Positions 50,561 to 62,759 of a DNA stretch of 64,000 nt are shown here, piece by piece (position 1 is the stretch's first letter; each line of letters starts with the position of its first letter). The position numbers and the translations under genes are program-made. The stretch covers positions 47,428,886 to 47,492,885 of the forward strand of contig NC_068981.1 of assembly GCF_001194135.2 (NCBI RefSeq). Reading direction: 5' to 3'. The notes under the pieces are model-generated. The model saw only the letters and a program-made list of their open reading frames with translations, made no database searches and was not told the origin of the DNA. Origin of the DNA: Octopus bimaculoides. Its lineage: Eukaryota.

Positions 50561-50975
50561 GACATCATTCTTCCTCTAAGCAAATGCCAAATTGTTTAAG
50601 TTCTCAAACAAATTACTGATTACTTAACATGACTGCTCTCAAATATCTGACAGCATAATCGCTTGTTATGCATCAGCATCACAAAATCTATGTTGTATTA
50701 TATAACGATTAGTGAGTTGCTGTAAAATTAGAAATATATATTTATATAGTATTTTCGAAATCAATTGTACATTTCACAATACTAAATTTGCATCGCAAAA
50801 TTTTCCTCATATTTCACCCAGTAGTGAAACTAAAATAATAATTTTCATTGAAGTATGCGGGTATTTAAAAAATATATCTCGAAATGACGACCGTGCCCTG
50901 TATAGAAACGGACTGCTCTTTGGCAAAGGATAGCACTCGTTCAGCCACGCCGCACGGATACGGTGAAATAAAGGA

Positions 50976-51350
50976 ACTGCAGCATGGCGGATTACGAAAG
51001 GCAGCGGAAGAGCTCATCAGAGCCAACGGTGTGCCCTATATTGATAAAGAGCGGTGGAATCCTAGATCAACAGTCAGGTTCACCAACCTCTATCAAGAGA
51101 TAATTGCAAGGGGTGAATAGAAACGGCGTCAGTATTTGTGTAATCAGCTAACGAAAGATACATTGAGGCTTAAGCTTGATAAAGGTATTGTGATCAGCTA
51201 ATGAAAGACGCACTACGACTCAAACTTGAAACAGGTTGCTGATCCTGAGCGTTGATCTTCTAAGACTCCTCCTCACATCATCAATGTATGGAGCATCGTT
51301 TGCTCTGATGACATCTTCCGCTGCCTCTTCATAGTCTGTCATGCTGTAGT
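50976..51350. repeat. Foldback: inverted arms 50976-51097 and 51225-51350, with a 50-nt-period tandem pair inside
   Basis: Arms align at roughly three-quarters identity by eye with 1-nt and 3-nt indels. 51139-51186 is directly repeated at 51189-51236. Confidence 0.9.
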
Positions 51351-52510
51351 ACAATGGCTGGGTGGCATCAGAGCAGCATGAACATGTGCATGCATCGCTA
51401 CCAACATCCAAACACCCAAAAGTAAAAATAATTATGCTTGTAATTACTAACATAAAGTCAATATTTTGAGATAATTTCTACAGTTATAATGATATAGAGC
51501 TTTACTACGTTTATTATTCTCAAATTTTGTGTTCGTTAATATTTCACGTTTTTTTCTTCTTGACGTCCATAATTGTTATGGAACGTAACTCTAATAATTT
51601 TGCTTGCTCTATTATCTATCTATATATGGTACGATTTGCATTATTAGTACTTAATTACCCTTTGTTATCTGTAGCATTTGTTGTTTTATACATGCCTTCA
51701 TTGCTAATACAAATCCCTTGAGTCGCTGGCCTTCTCCCAAAATCAGCATCTTATATTTCTGCTTGCCATTCCGTTATTTAGCCAGTCTGTAACGCTTTCA
51801 CGTGATAAGAGAAAAAGAGGAAGAAAGAAAAGATGGGAAGAAATAAATCAGAGAAAGAGGAAAAGAAGGGGAGAGATGTGTCAATGATGTGAGGTTGGGG
51901 AACGTAATATTTATTATGTGGTTAAAAAAGTAACTTGAAGGCAGTGATGATATAGAAGAGGACAGTGAATAATAGAAGTTTAGCAGAAGAGCAATGTTCT
52001 GATGGTGAGGTTAAAGGCAGCGACAGAGAGAGGGGAGAGAAAGAGAGAATAGGGAGAGAACTGGGAGAGAAAGAGAGATGATGGTGGTGGTGGAGGTGGT
52101 ACAGATGGAGTTTTTTTTTTAGTATCACCTATCATTTAATGCATGCACATAAGCGCAAATTCGTGAAATATTCCCGCTTTTTTACGTAGCAGATACATGC
52201 AATTTAATTAAAGGCTGTATCATATGTACGGTCTTTTTTTTTTCGTTTTCGATTATGGGAAAAATGGGAAAATAATAGTGAATATTTATTTTACGTGTGC
52301 TGTGTATCAATTCTATGAAATTGTGCATAAATATATAGTGTTTATATAAAATGCATTAAGTAATCATCGTGTTCCAATTTCATTCACTTTTCAATGAGCA
52401 GCAGGTGAGAGACTAGCATTCCTAACACAGACACAACACAGGCTTAGCTTTCAGGATTTATGGATATACTTTTCAGAAATAACCCAATGCCTCTAGTCAT
52501 TAATATCAGT

Positions 52511-52720
52511 AAGGCTGCGAGCTAGCAGATCCGTTACCATGCCGGACAAAACGCTTAGTGGCATTTCTTCCGGCTTTACTTTCTAATTACAAATATCACC
52601 AAAGTCGCTTCTCCATTGGATCCTTTGAGGGTCCATAAAATATGGAGTACTGGAGGTAATGTAATTCTAGGCCTTCAGCCTATAAGAGACAGAAATATTA
52701 CCATAAGTATTAAAATTCAT
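52511..52720 (+). mobile_element. Degenerate SINE family A copy
   Basis: 'aaggctgcgagctagcaga..cgtta.catgccggacaaaacgcttagtggcatttc' matches the family A head. Confidence 0.7.
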
Positions 52721-52854
52721 GGATAAATAAAAATTTTAACGAACTGGTGTCAATTCTGCCCTCTTCCAACAGGTATTGTCTTATGCCATTTTTTCTTCTA
52801 GCTCTCGTTGTTAATGATGTTGTTGCTGTTGTTATAGTTGTTGCTGTCTTTCTC

Positions 52855-53365
52855 GTCATCCACCTCCACCTCCTCCTCCTCCTCCTCCTTATTCTTCTTC
52901 TTCTTCTTCCAATCCGTCTCGTGGCCCTGCCCTCCTCCTCCCACTCGTCCTCATCAATACTGTCGTCGTCGTCGCCGTCCCCTACTTCCTCCTCCTCCTC
53001 CTCCTCCACCTCCTCCTCCAAACTCATTCGTGTTACTGCCCTCTTCCTCTCCTTACGTCGTGGTCCTCGTCCACTTACTCTTTCTCCACCTCCTCCACTC
53101 CTTCTTCCCCCGCTTCCACTCCCCCTCCTCCTTCTCCTCCTCCTCCTCCTCCTCCTCCTCCTTCTTCTTCTTCTTCTTTCAANNNNNNNNNNNNNNNNNN
53201 NNNNNNNNNNNTCCACTTACTCTTCCTCCGCCTCCTCCACTCCTACCTCCCCCGCTCCGCACCTCCCGCTCCTCCTCCTCCCCTTCTTCTTCTTCTTCTT
53301 CTTCTTCTTCTTCTTCTTCTTCTTCTTCTTCTTCTTCTTCTTCTTCTTCTTCTTCTTCTTCTTTA
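52855..53365. repeat. Polypyrimidine (TCC)n/(TTC)n tract containing a gap at 53183-53211
   Basis: Read directly. Confidence 0.95.
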
Positions 53366-54384
53366 GCACACCGGTCAAGGTCCTTACCAGTACGTTTTAA
53401 AACTCTACGTTACGAGTTAAAAATTTACGAAGATCGAATTTGCCTTATATTCTTTTGGGCGTTGCTAAAGTAAAGGACTAGTTTTACAAGTGCAGCTCAA
53501 ACAACCGCTGAACCTACCATTACGCATAGCCCATGCAACATTTTGTGTTATGCTTCACTGCTTGCTTGGTACTCCTCTATTTGATTAGACTTCGTAAGTC
53601 GAAAAAAACGCAAGTTCATTTCTGTAGCATTCAAGGTATTGTCATGTCATAGAGATATGGATACATTTCCCTTCAGCCTACCTGGAAGGTGTCGTTTTCA
53701 ACTACCTCAGTCTCATTAGATTCTTTTACCGTTATTTGAATGATTAATATTATATTCATATTGTATTCCGTTTTTCTTTTTTCTTTATATATAAAATTAA
53801 TGTGTTAGATGCTAATATTCCTTTATCAATACTAATTCTATCATTCTCATAACAATCAGCATAACCCTCTTCATCTGCGACACCATCACCATTACCTCCA
53901 GTATAAAGATCTCTACATGACATTTGTTTATTTCAATTTGTTATTTACGTTTCCTCTTGTATGTGTTTCTTATTTTCCACTAATTTCATCATGTCAGTTT
54001 TTAATAATTTGTCGAAATACTACAAAACAATTTGAAATTATGGACATCTTCGTGAGAAAAATGACAAGTTGGCATTAACTTCTTTCTTAATCAAATGGAT
54101 ATTCGAAATTGCTTAAAAGCGTGTCACGGTTGTTTTTAATATTTATATATTAATTTAACGAACGAAAGTGTCACTTGTATGATTAAAACATTTCTCAATT
54201 AATTAAGGTTCATAATCAATATTGCTTTGTTTTGCAGAATCAATTTCAAGAAGAGGAATATGAATTGTAACTTGGCATAATGGTAAGTTCTCAAGGAATG
54301 GTAGGTGCGATATATAACACATTTTAATTTCTCTAAGTATAAGAATAACACTTTTTTTTGACCTTGCAAAATCTTTTTGTTCTT

Positions 54385-54515
54385 TTATTTGCTTCAGTAA
54401 TGTGACTGTGGCCATTCTGGAGCAACACCTTTAGTCGAGCAAATCACTCCCAGGACTTATTCTTTGTAAGCCTAGTAATTATTCTATCGATATATTTTTG
54501 CAAACTGCTAAGTCA
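54385..54515 (-). mobile_element. SINE family B 3' fragment
   Basis: 'ttagtcgagcaaatc..cccaggacttattctttgtaagcctagta.ttattctatcg' is the reverse complement of 62105-62165. Confidence 0.8.
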
Positions 54516-54630
54516 TGGCGAGAGAGACAAACCAGCATCCGGTGTCAAGTGATGTTGAGGTAACAAACACATACACACATATACAAACCTATATATATAT
54601 AAATATAGGTTTGTATATGTGTGAATGTGT

Positions 54631-55432
54631 NNNNNNNNNNNNNNNNNNNNNNNNNNNNNNNNNNNNNNNNNNNNNNNNNNNNNNNNNNNNNNNNNNNNNN
54701 NNNNNNNNNNNNNNNNNNNNNNNNNNNNNNNNNNNNNNNNNNNNNNNNNNNNNNNNNNNNNNNNNNNNNNNNNNNNNNNNNNNNNNNNNNNNNNNNNNNN
54801 NNNNNNNNNNNNNNNNNNNNNNNNNNNNNNNNNNNNNNNNNNNNNNNNNNNNNNNNNNNNNNNNNNNNNNNNNNNNNNNNNNNNNNNNNNNNNNNNNNNN
54901 NNNNNNNNNNNNNNNNNNNNNNNNNNNNNNNNNNNNNNNNNNNNNNNNNNNNNNNNNNNNNNNNNNNNNNNNNNNNNNNNNNNNNNNNNNNNNNNNNNNN
55001 NNNNNNNNNNNNNNNNNNNNNNNNNNNNNNNNNNNNNNNNNNNNNNNNNNNNNNNNNNNNNNNNNNNNNNNNNNNNNNNNNNNNNNNNNNNNNNNNNNNN
55101 NNNNNNNNNNNNNNNNNNNNNNNNNNNNNNNNNNNNNNNNNNNNNNNNNNNNNNNNNNNNNNNNNNNNNNNNNNNNNNNNNNNNNNNNNNNNNNNNNNNN
55201 NNNNNNNNNNNNNNNNNNNNNNNNNNNNNNNNNNNNNNNNNNNNNNNNNNNNNNNNNNNNNNNNNNNNNNNNNNNNNNNNNNNNNNNNNNNNNNNNNNNN
55301 NNNNNNNNNNNNNNNNNNNNNNNNNNNNNNNNNNNNNNNNNNNNNNNNNNNNNNNNNNNNNNNNNNNNNNNNNNNNNNNNNNNNNNNNNNNNNNNNNNNN
55401 NNNNNNNNNNNNNNNNNNNNNNNNNNNNNNNN
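54631..55432. other. Assembly gap
   Basis: N-run. Confidence 0.99.
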
Positions 55433-55499
55433 TATATACGAGTGAGTGGATAAATGAAAGAAGCACACTCACCAAATTTATTTTCCATTGCAAGTACGG

Positions 55500-56630
55500 A
55501 TCATGGCAATTGGATTCAAACTGGTTGGTACTCTCGAGTTTGAAGCGTTATGCCAGTCGTCAGCCTATTTGAATTTGAATGACAGAATGATTGTTATTAC
55601 CGTAAGGTGTGCTTCATTTGTTCGAGGAAGTTCACATAGTGTCGTGGTTTGATGTTGTTAATGGGTAACGGTTTGTTGAAAATTACTGCATGGTGAACAG
55701 AAAACTGACCACGTGGAGGACATGGAAAAGACAAGGTGGCTGAAAGGAAATCGGTCAGGTTACTGGATGAGAGTATGAAGGGGCGTTATGTACAAGTAGA
55801 AACTTCTATGTGTGGGTGTGTAGACACACACAAATGCTTTTGCGTACCTGTCTGCTTTGATGCAACTTGCGCATCTGCACATGGGTGCACATGTGCACGT
55901 CTGCACACACAATAACACACCTACGCATACACCTGCGGGAACACGGTCACCTAAGCTATGCCCTTCTGAAAAATGTCTGCCCTGTCTCAGCTGTCATCTT
56001 GGATATACCACTTTAACACCAGCTGCTATCTGCACCACCTGCACCAAGGTTACCGTTACTAACCAGTCCAGTGACCAGGCAAACCAATTACCAATCCCCA
56101 GCGTTTACCAAACCTCGTCGAGCATCAATCCGTAACGCTTCCCAATCCCCCAACGCTTGTTTGCACGTATGTCTTTATGCAAATATACATATGTACATAT
56201 ATACATTTATACAAATCTACAAACTCAGTAATACGCTTTTGTTTGTGCATGTGTGCATATGCGCATTTAAGTGCGTGCATGTGCGTACGTGTTCATCCAA
56301 ATGTATATGTGTGAGTGCGCAGCCGTGCGCGTGCAGGCTCATGTGCAGAAGCACACCCTCGCATCAATACATGTGCACGCAAATTTATATGAGTGCGACT
56401 ACACACCCACATATAGAACCTACACATGTCACACCTTCCTACTTCATCCGAACAACCTGACCGAATTCTTCTCCGCCATGTGGTCGTTTTCCTTTTCTGC
56501 ACGTGGTCATTTTCAAGTTCACCATGCGGTATTTTCCAACTAATTGTTACCCATAAATTTACATCAAACCACGAAACCACTTTACCTTCGTCTATCAATT
56601 GTAGCCCACTTTAAGGTAATACCAGTCACC
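55500..56630. mobile_element. Two Penelope GIY-YIG fragments in inverted orientation (55500-55790 minus; 56430-56630 plus)
   Basis: The two segments align as reverse complements. The minus copy reads SFPC...TSSN...IG*RLA*RF, resembling the Penelope pattern FPC..FTCTS.N..GQTGRRL..RF. Confidence 0.55.
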
Positions 56631-56704
56631 TCTCTCATTTAAATTCAAAACAGGTGATGACTAGTACCAATGAATTTGAATCAATCTGTTTTGTGCTATA
56701 TATG

Positions 56705-57085
56705 AATATATACAAACACACACACACACACACACGCACACACCCACACACACACACACACACATACAAACACACACACACACACACACGAACACACACA
56801 CATACACATACACGAACACACACACATACACTCACACGAATACACACTCACACACACACATACATATATATAGGAAATGATTGGGATAAGCAAATTAGAC
56901 ACCTCAAATATATTAAATATATTAAGTACGTCGAATAGAATATATGTATATAAGTATACATGTAAAAGGAGAGAAAGCAACGCGTGATGAATTTATAAGT
57001 ATAAATAAATAAATATAAACACACACACACACAAACATTCACACACACACACACACACACACACAAACAAACACACATATATATG
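56705..57085. repeat. (CA)n-rich microsatellite blocks
   Basis: Read directly. Confidence 0.95.
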
Positions 57086-57929
57086 TATACTTCTATAAGT
57101 AGGTCTAACTTGCACAGAATAACAAACGGCAGGGAATTTTAAAGGGTTGGAATAAAGCTACTATGAGTGCAACAGCTGTGTCTGGAGGCTTAGGCTGTCC
57201 ATGATAATTTTGTTAGATTTAGTCCATCTCAAAATGAGGTCGTATGGATGCATTTAACATGGGACGACATGTCCCTCGTTCATTGGGGTCGAATAGACCT
57301 TACATTTCAGGTCTTAATGCAGAGAAGTACAAAGATGGAATAATTGAATGCGATAGCTAAGTGTATTTAGAGGGGCGACTAGCGTATATTGAGATAGCGA
57401 TTAATGAGAGGGGAAACGATACGTCAAAAAGAGTGACGGGTTTATAGTGAGGCTAGTAAGGAAGTAGTCGTAGAGGCGGTGGGTTGTAAGGATCGGGTAT
57501 ATAGTATATGAATAATAGAGTGCATTGTGTAGAGTTTGTTAATATGTATGAATGAAACCTATACATTTTTTGGTTGACATAATTTGAAAAGAAATGGGAA
57601 ATATCCGTGGGAAGTAAGTTGTCTAGTGCAGTAGTAAAGGTCAATTACCATAGTAAAATATACCACGACATATTTCACGAAATTTTGAGTGCCTTAATGA
57701 TTCTCTCTTCAAGCTCTGGTCTGAGACATACTAAAATTTCCTTTCCTATTTGCAGTTCCCATACTTCCTGTCCGGGACGGGACTTTCCATGAACTTTTTG
57801 TGCTGGTCGTTCCCATCACGCCTTGCTTCTTTTTCTACAATTATATAGGAAATTATTTCTATAACTTGTTCCATTTTTCTTCTAAATGTAAGTACTGCAG
57901 TTGACTTCTGCTGAGAAGCAATTGGGCGA

Positions 57930-59480
57930 AGACTACTTCAGTAATCCAGTAAACACTTTGGCATTGTTTCCATGGTAGATTTCTCCCAATTAAAGTTACA
58001 ATGTGCCTTTTAAAAAACATCAACACATTTCTCTGCCTGTTCCCCAGACTGAGGTTGGTAGGGTGCTTCAAACATATACCTTCTGGCTTTGCAAATTTGA
58101 TTAAATTTGGCGATGTGACTGAATTTCATTATTTGATACTAAGGTTTCTGTTAAACCAAATGGAATGAATACTTGCTTTAGCATATGACTTTTGGATGAA
58201 ATTGAAATATCATGTTTAATGAAACTTTCGGGCCTGCTCCGAAACATTCCAACTAGTAATAAAAATATTTACAATTTGTAGGGCCAGGGAAATTAATGAG
58301 AACCTCGAACTATGTTTTTATCTGATACTGGCCATTGTTGCCAATCAGATCTTCCATACATTTTGCTTGTCTGCACATATCTACTGCAAGTATGTGCCAA
58401 ATGTTCTACTGTTTTTTCATTGTTAGGCCAGTTAACATACTGTCTTGCAATAATTTGCATGTGATTTATAACTTAGTGCCACGTATGTAATTGTTTTAAA
58501 GCTAAATATCCTAATTGCTGAGAAATAACAACTTGATCACCAAGGATGATAAATCCTTTCAATGTTTGAAGCACTGTTTCAGATATACTGAATGGAGTTT
58601 TATTGGCCAACGTATTTGTTGATGTCTACTAACTAACTGCAAGGTACAAGGATTTGTTTTTTTTTCTGTTGCTTTGTGAACCATTTCTGTAGACACCGGG
58701 ACAGTGCCTCTTGCAGTAAATAAACATTGTGTACATCATTCTCCGCAGAAATCGAACCCATAGCAGCTTGTTTCTTGTCTAATTTTTAATTTACCAGGAG
58801 ACACGCAAATGCATCAGCTTCTCTAAATTCACTCGTTGACTTGTACTGGAATTGAAAGATATACCCAGTACCATTGTTGACTGTCTTTGTAAACTGTTTG
58901 TTGAGTTTACTGGATTGCCCTCTTTCGAGTTAAAACATACATGGTGTTTATGATCGGTGAATACAACAAAAGGTCTTCTATGCAGCATTTTGTGAAATCA
59001 TTTGACTAGTTTCCTTTTCAATTTGAATATACTTTCCGCTTCATTCCAGGTGCGAGCAACGTGCGCAATTGCCTTTTCAGCCTCATCTAGGAAAACGTGG
59101 GATATGACAGCGCCGATACTTTCTGCCTATTACATCTACGATCAGTATTGTTTCCAATTTCGGATCATATTTCATTAATACATATGAGTGCTATAACACT
59201 TTCGTCTCTTCAAAAGCTTTGATGTATGCTAGTGTCAAGTTCCACTTTGCAGTTTCAAACGTAATCGCAAACGATGCATAGTATATAGCAAAACAAAGTA
59301 ATAGCTAAGGAGTTCAAGAAACGATTTCAACTTGTTAACATCTGACGGAAATGGCATTGTTAGAATTGCTTCTCCGTTTGTTGGGTCTGTTTTACGACCG
59401 TCTTCGTTTATAATAATACCCATATATGTTATTAATGTCATAAATAATTTTCCGTTCTCCTCTTTCACTGTAAAACGAAA
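57930..59480 (-). mobile_element. Ty3/gypsy (Mag-like) pol remnant: RT end, RNase H, integrase
   Basis: ITYMGIII..DGRKTDP..AILTMP.P.DV.KLKSFL (59235-59468), LHRRPFVVFTDHK...NSLQR (58791-58988), then integrase FPGP, FGL.ETLVS and PYQPQS.EQAE.CVD.FKR, in gypsy order. No LTRs recognised. Confidence 0.85.
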
Positions 59481-61827
59481 TGGAAAAGACTATCTAATCG
59501 GTAACAAAATTTATTTTACTGAACCAGTTGCTATAATATTGTCCATATAAACCACGTCTCTAGATATGTTTGCAATCATTGTATCCATTAATTTTCGAAA
59601 CATAGTTGAAGCCGTTTTATTTCGAATGGTAATCGTTGATATCGGTAAAGACCTCTGTGAGTATTAATTGTCAACAGTTTTGAAATACCATCAACTGCAA
59701 TTTGTAAGTCAGTGTCAGCCAAATCGATTTTTTCAAACTAACGGCTACCATTACGCTAGCTGAAAATGTATTCAGGACTAGGATCAAGGATGGAGTGGTA
59801 CTCTAAGGCTCCATTTAATCCTCTCAAAAATCTGTGCACAGGCGAATAGAATCATTTGCTTTCCTAACCAGTACTATCGACGCTTCCTAAGTTGAATTGT
59901 TAACTGATATTATTATGTCTGATTATAGAAGATGATCTAACTTTATGTCCACCTTGTATTGAACTGCCTATGGAAGTCATCTGCGAGGCCTAAATACTTC
60001 CTTCAACTCAGCTTTATACGACAAATCTGCTTTATTTAACTTGCAACGAATTTTTGAAAACGAGTGAGAAATTTTACTTTCGTAAATGGGTAAATGGGAC
60101 AGATGATGTTTGAAAGTAAGCAAATGACTTTGCTAAATAAGTTAAGTTCAGCAGTGCGATCTAAACTAAATAAATCTAAAATATGCTGATCCGTCAAATA
60201 GTACGTTACATAAAAAAATTGAATCAAAATGTACTTTACACTTAATCATACAAACACGCTTTAAATTGATACCTGGTGCATTCTTAGCACTGCACTCCGT
60301 CTCAGCTATCTGTTGCCTCCAAGTTTTGTGAGAAATTACCAGATGCTGTGTTTAACTGTAATTTAGCTGCAGTATCATTTCTTGGAACAATTAAATACTT
60401 GCGGTTTTCTTGAAAATCAAACTTTAAAACTAGCGTAAATAATATGAACATGATTTTATGAATTCTAACGAGCCAAAACCTTAGAGAAAGCTTCTTGCAT
60501 ACTTCCCTTGGATGATTAGGCAAACGAAACCCCTTTTTATGACCGAACGCATGACATAGTTGACACTTATGTTGCTTTTAGAGGCAAACACTCTTCATAA
60601 TAGCTTGCACTAAAACACTAGCAAAGTAGAAGAAAACTGGATTTTTGTTCTTCTATCAGTAATGAAATTTTAGCATTGGTTTCACTTGATTTACTGACAC
60701 TAATCTATTGGTATACCTCACTGACTGTTGTAGGTCAATTTTTTCGTAGCTTTAGTTGTGATAAGAGTTTAGAAGTATTGTCTGAATGCGATGACGCTTA
60801 TAAACCAGTAAAAAAGTTTGAACATTTAAACTAATTATGAGTAAATCAATTCAAATGTAAGTGTTCATATTTGCGATTTACTTCACAGGCAGAGCTAACA
60901 AAATCCTCCTTCTCGGACTTGGTTATTCTAAAACAATTGTGTCTAAAGTAAAACTAAATTGAGTCCGCAGTAAAAAAATATTTTGATGTATTTCAACTAT
61001 CCCATTGAAATTGATGTATGGACAATTCTTCGGTAGAATATATTTCATATATTTCATGTGTTCATTACATCCGAGCTTAGTTAATAGTAATCTGACTTTC
61101 ACATTCGCGTCAAGATTCAAGGATATTTGAACTGGTAACAAGTTTGCATTTATACACATCACTCCTTAGCATTGTCGCTACGTGTTCTATTGACGGTGAG
61201 CCGCTGAATAGCACAACCATTATTTCAATGATGACGAGAATATCATAAGAGTGATCTATCTTTCATGTCAGTGCGCATCGTCTGCCTTTCAGGTCTCTTG
61301 CTGAAAAGGAGATAACCACTCTGAAATACATGCATCCAACATTCTGGTGTATTTACATCTATTAATTTACAGCGAGAAATTTTCTCCATGACAAATTACA
61401 GTGAATGGCTTGCTTACGGGTCCAAATATGTCTGAAGCATATTTGAAATGGTAACAAGTTTGTATTAATATATACACATTGGTGATTATCATTGCCATCC
61501 TGTATTATAATTTATGTTATATTATAGCTTGCACAATAGATTGTTAAGAAAATATAAGCTCTTATCTTCATGGTTATTGGTTTTCGGCTAGTAGCTGAGG
61601 CACCACCTTTAAATTATTGGGCCTAAAGTATCGACACCATCACATAATTAGAAAATGACATTATTTTAGCAATTTGTATTTATGGAACAGCTAAATTACA
61701 GTACATAATCATATTGACATGTTTAAACGCCATAACGTAAATACTACATCAAGCATATCTATGATTAACTACAAAACAGTGTCTATCTAGCAAACTTCAC
61801 TCAAATAATTGTAATACTTTTAGAAAT

Positions 61828-62220
61828 AGGCGCAGGAGTGGCTGTGTGGTAAGCCATTGCTTACCAACCACATGGAGCCGTGGCACCTTGGGCAAATATC
61901 TTCTACTATAGCATCGGGCCGGGCAAATACTTGTGAGTGGATTTGGTAGACGGAAACTGAAATAAGCCCGTCGTATATATGTATATGTATGTGTATGTAT
62001 GTGCATGTATATGTTTGTGTGTCTGTGTTTGTTCCCTCAGAATTGCTTGACAACTAATGGTGGTGTGTTTACGTCCCCGTAACTTAGCGGATAGGCGAAA
62101 GCGACCGATAGAATAAGTACTAGGCTTACAAAGAATAAGTCTTGGGGTCGATTTGCTCGAGTAAAAGGCGATGCCCCAGCATGGCTGCAGTCAAATGACT
62201 GAAACAAGTAAAAGAGTAAA
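61828..62220 (+). mobile_element. tRNA-like SINE, family B (reference copy)
   Basis: Head 'aggcgcaggagtggctgtgtggtaag', an internal TA/TG microsatellite and the tail 'gactgaaacaagtaaaaga'. Homologs at 1131, 27838 and 54385. Confidence 0.88.
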
Positions 62221-62759
62221 GGAGGAAAAATATTGCATTTCTCCATCTCTCAGACAGTTATACCGTAGCAGCACACTAACGTTATGGTTTGTTGCCATCT
62301 TAATATGGTAGTCCAAGGAAAGGGACGAATGTTACTGCTATTTAACCCCAAGAAACACCGTTTCTAGTTGGTTATATGAAACAAGCGTTCTGTGTCCTTA
62401 AGTTTTCAAACAGGACAGATAAGCACCTCCGGCCCACAAAGCCAGCATCCAGTGACTAGTTTCAGGGTAGGTGCCCTTTATGAGTCTGGAGTAGCTTGGC
62501 CTTGCTAGCTTTTTTTCTTCTTTGTTATGACCATATAGATTTTACAGAGAAAGGACGAATATAAACAACACAATACAGCGGGGTACATATAACGAAAATC
62601 GAATGAATATGAATAAAGTGATATAATGAAAAAAGGAAATGTCTTACTTGTGACCCATATGCAAGTGGTGTCATTTAACTGTTTATGCAATTCATATTCG
62701 TGTACAATTCATTGTCCTTCTGTTTTTTTAAAAAAAAAACAACACCTATCAATTTTGCA

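Noticed and set aside
50995-51020. CTGATGA on the minus strand near CGAAA
   Set aside because: The GAAA is on the opposite strand from CUGAUGA, so the hammerhead topology is impossible.
52710-53473. Arg/Glu-, Leu- and Ser/Pro-rich ORFs of 168-217 aa
   Set aside because: They are translations of the (TCC)/(TTC) tract in all frames.
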